DNA of 63,749 nt, the filler included, from Octopus bimaculoides (lineage: Eukaryota), in assembly GCF_001194135.2 (NCBI RefSeq). It is 5 parts of 5 records of this genome, joined end to end, with 100 filler letters (N's around TTAATTAATTAA, not from the genome) between each part and the next. Parts side by side here need not be neighbours in the genome. Positions count along the whole stretch, not along the records: positions 56,501 to 63,749 come from NC_068996.1; 4 more parts are not named here. The stretch is one strand, 5' to 3'. Under the pieces are notes generated by a model that ran no database searches, was not told where the DNA came from, and saw nothing but the letters and a program-made list of their open reading frames with translations. The position numbers and the translations under genes are program-made. The stretch's first letter is position 1. Every line of letters begins with the position of its first letter. Below, one piece after another: positions 62,467 through 63,749 of the stretch.

Positions 62467-63554
62467 ATGGATATGCATACGTGTATATATGTATACTATA
62501 TTCATATGTTAAATTTATATGTTTATACGCTGTATTTATATATTTATTTATACCCTATAAATTTTCCAAATTTTATTATTTTATATCTCTTCATGTCTTT
62601 CTTTAAATTTTAGATCATAAAAATGTTTTCTTTTTAAACAATATATTGTGATCAGTATATAATATTCGTAATTTTCAACAAATTATTGTACGTATCTTAT
62701 AAAATATTGAACAATTTTTAAAGAAGAAAAACAGCAAGAACAATTACAACAATAAGAAGAATAACTACAAATAGAAACGAACACATCCTCTTGAAGAAGC
62801 CAAACTTGTAACAAGGTGATAAAAAGATATTCTTTCTAAAAAAAAAAAAAAAATGGGTGCTTGATATATTGATGAAGCTAAAACTGTTATGAAACTAAAT
62901 AAAGAAAAGAAAAGAAACTTACTAAAGTGATTCATTAGACTGGAAGCCTTAAAAAAAAGTACAGAAAGAATTTGAAGAGATATTCAACGCATATTAAAGA
63001 ATGACAGATCCATAACGAATTAAAGAAAAAAAAAGTGGAGAATTTGTAAATGAGATAAATATAAAATTTTTCATTCTTAATCATAAGAACATATCCAATT
63101 CAAAGAAGTTGAATCTAGACTCTAGAATGACGGGAGAGAAAGAATATTTTGGAGGAGAAAAGAAAGGAAAATAAAGAATGAATGAAAAGAAGACAACATG
63201 GAAAAGAGATAAAATATTTGGGCAAGTCCTATTCCGAAAGACGTCATTTTGGAATAAAGATGTTTTTTTGCACAGGGAATCTGCAATAAGTAATAAGAAG
63301 GAAAAACAGAAAGAAGAAAAAAAAAACACAGATTGTTATAAATTTGAAATTTCCATCTTTTGTTATGACATTATATTTACGTGTCTATATTTCAATAACA
63401 TTGCTAAACGATAAGAATATTCTTGATATTTCTTTCAACGTGTTACAATGTACTACAGAAGAATGTCGTTGATAAATACGAAAGAATTTAGAAATTTCAG
63501 TTGCATCAAGACTAAATACATCAGATGAAAATGTCTTCTTACGAATATACACGT

Positions 63555-63593
<39 letters not shown>

Positions 63594-63749
63594 TACACAC
63601 ACTTCTTTCACATCCAAACACAACGTTATTGATGGCAATACGCATGTATATATTGGGAATCTGTGATATATTTTAATATTTTATATAAACACACACAAAC
63701 GTATATAAACTCACAGAGAACATTTCCTACACATACATCTATACCTATA

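Noticed and set aside
62700-63330. A-rich purine-skewed stretch as a LINE or coding remnant
   Set aside because: No identifiable protein motif; frequent stops.

Overview
Eukaryotic, AT-rich draft-assembly sequence, rich in microsatellites and N-gaps. The SINE repertoire and (AT)/(AC)/(GATA) load point to an octopod cephalopod (Octopus-like); this is inferred, not verified. I found one host gene: a minus-strand cadherin-repeat gene. Four consecutive exons splice in frame (15110-15014, 12811-12558, 5415-5298, 1073-825), one of them through a non-canonical GC donor, and there is a candidate 21-nt microexon at 578-558. The rest is intronic or intergenic: at least three tRNA-derived SINE families with swapped heads and tails, several Tc1/mariner fossils, a hAT MITE, a Chapaev-type transposase, CR1-type and RTE-type LINE fragments, a Penelope GIY-YIG remnant, hammerhead-ribozyme-like motifs, and mini/microsatellites. 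Four 44N-TTAATTAATTAA-44N spacers look like artificial joins, so contiguity beyond 17.7 kb is not guaranteed. I found no CRISPR array, rRNA or intact tRNA gene. Almost all ORFs in the supplied track are microsatellite or N artefacts. Repeat boundaries are by eye (about +/-10-20 nt) unless TIRs or TSDs are quoted. I cannot claim a new biological system; the best leads are ranked in the findings.
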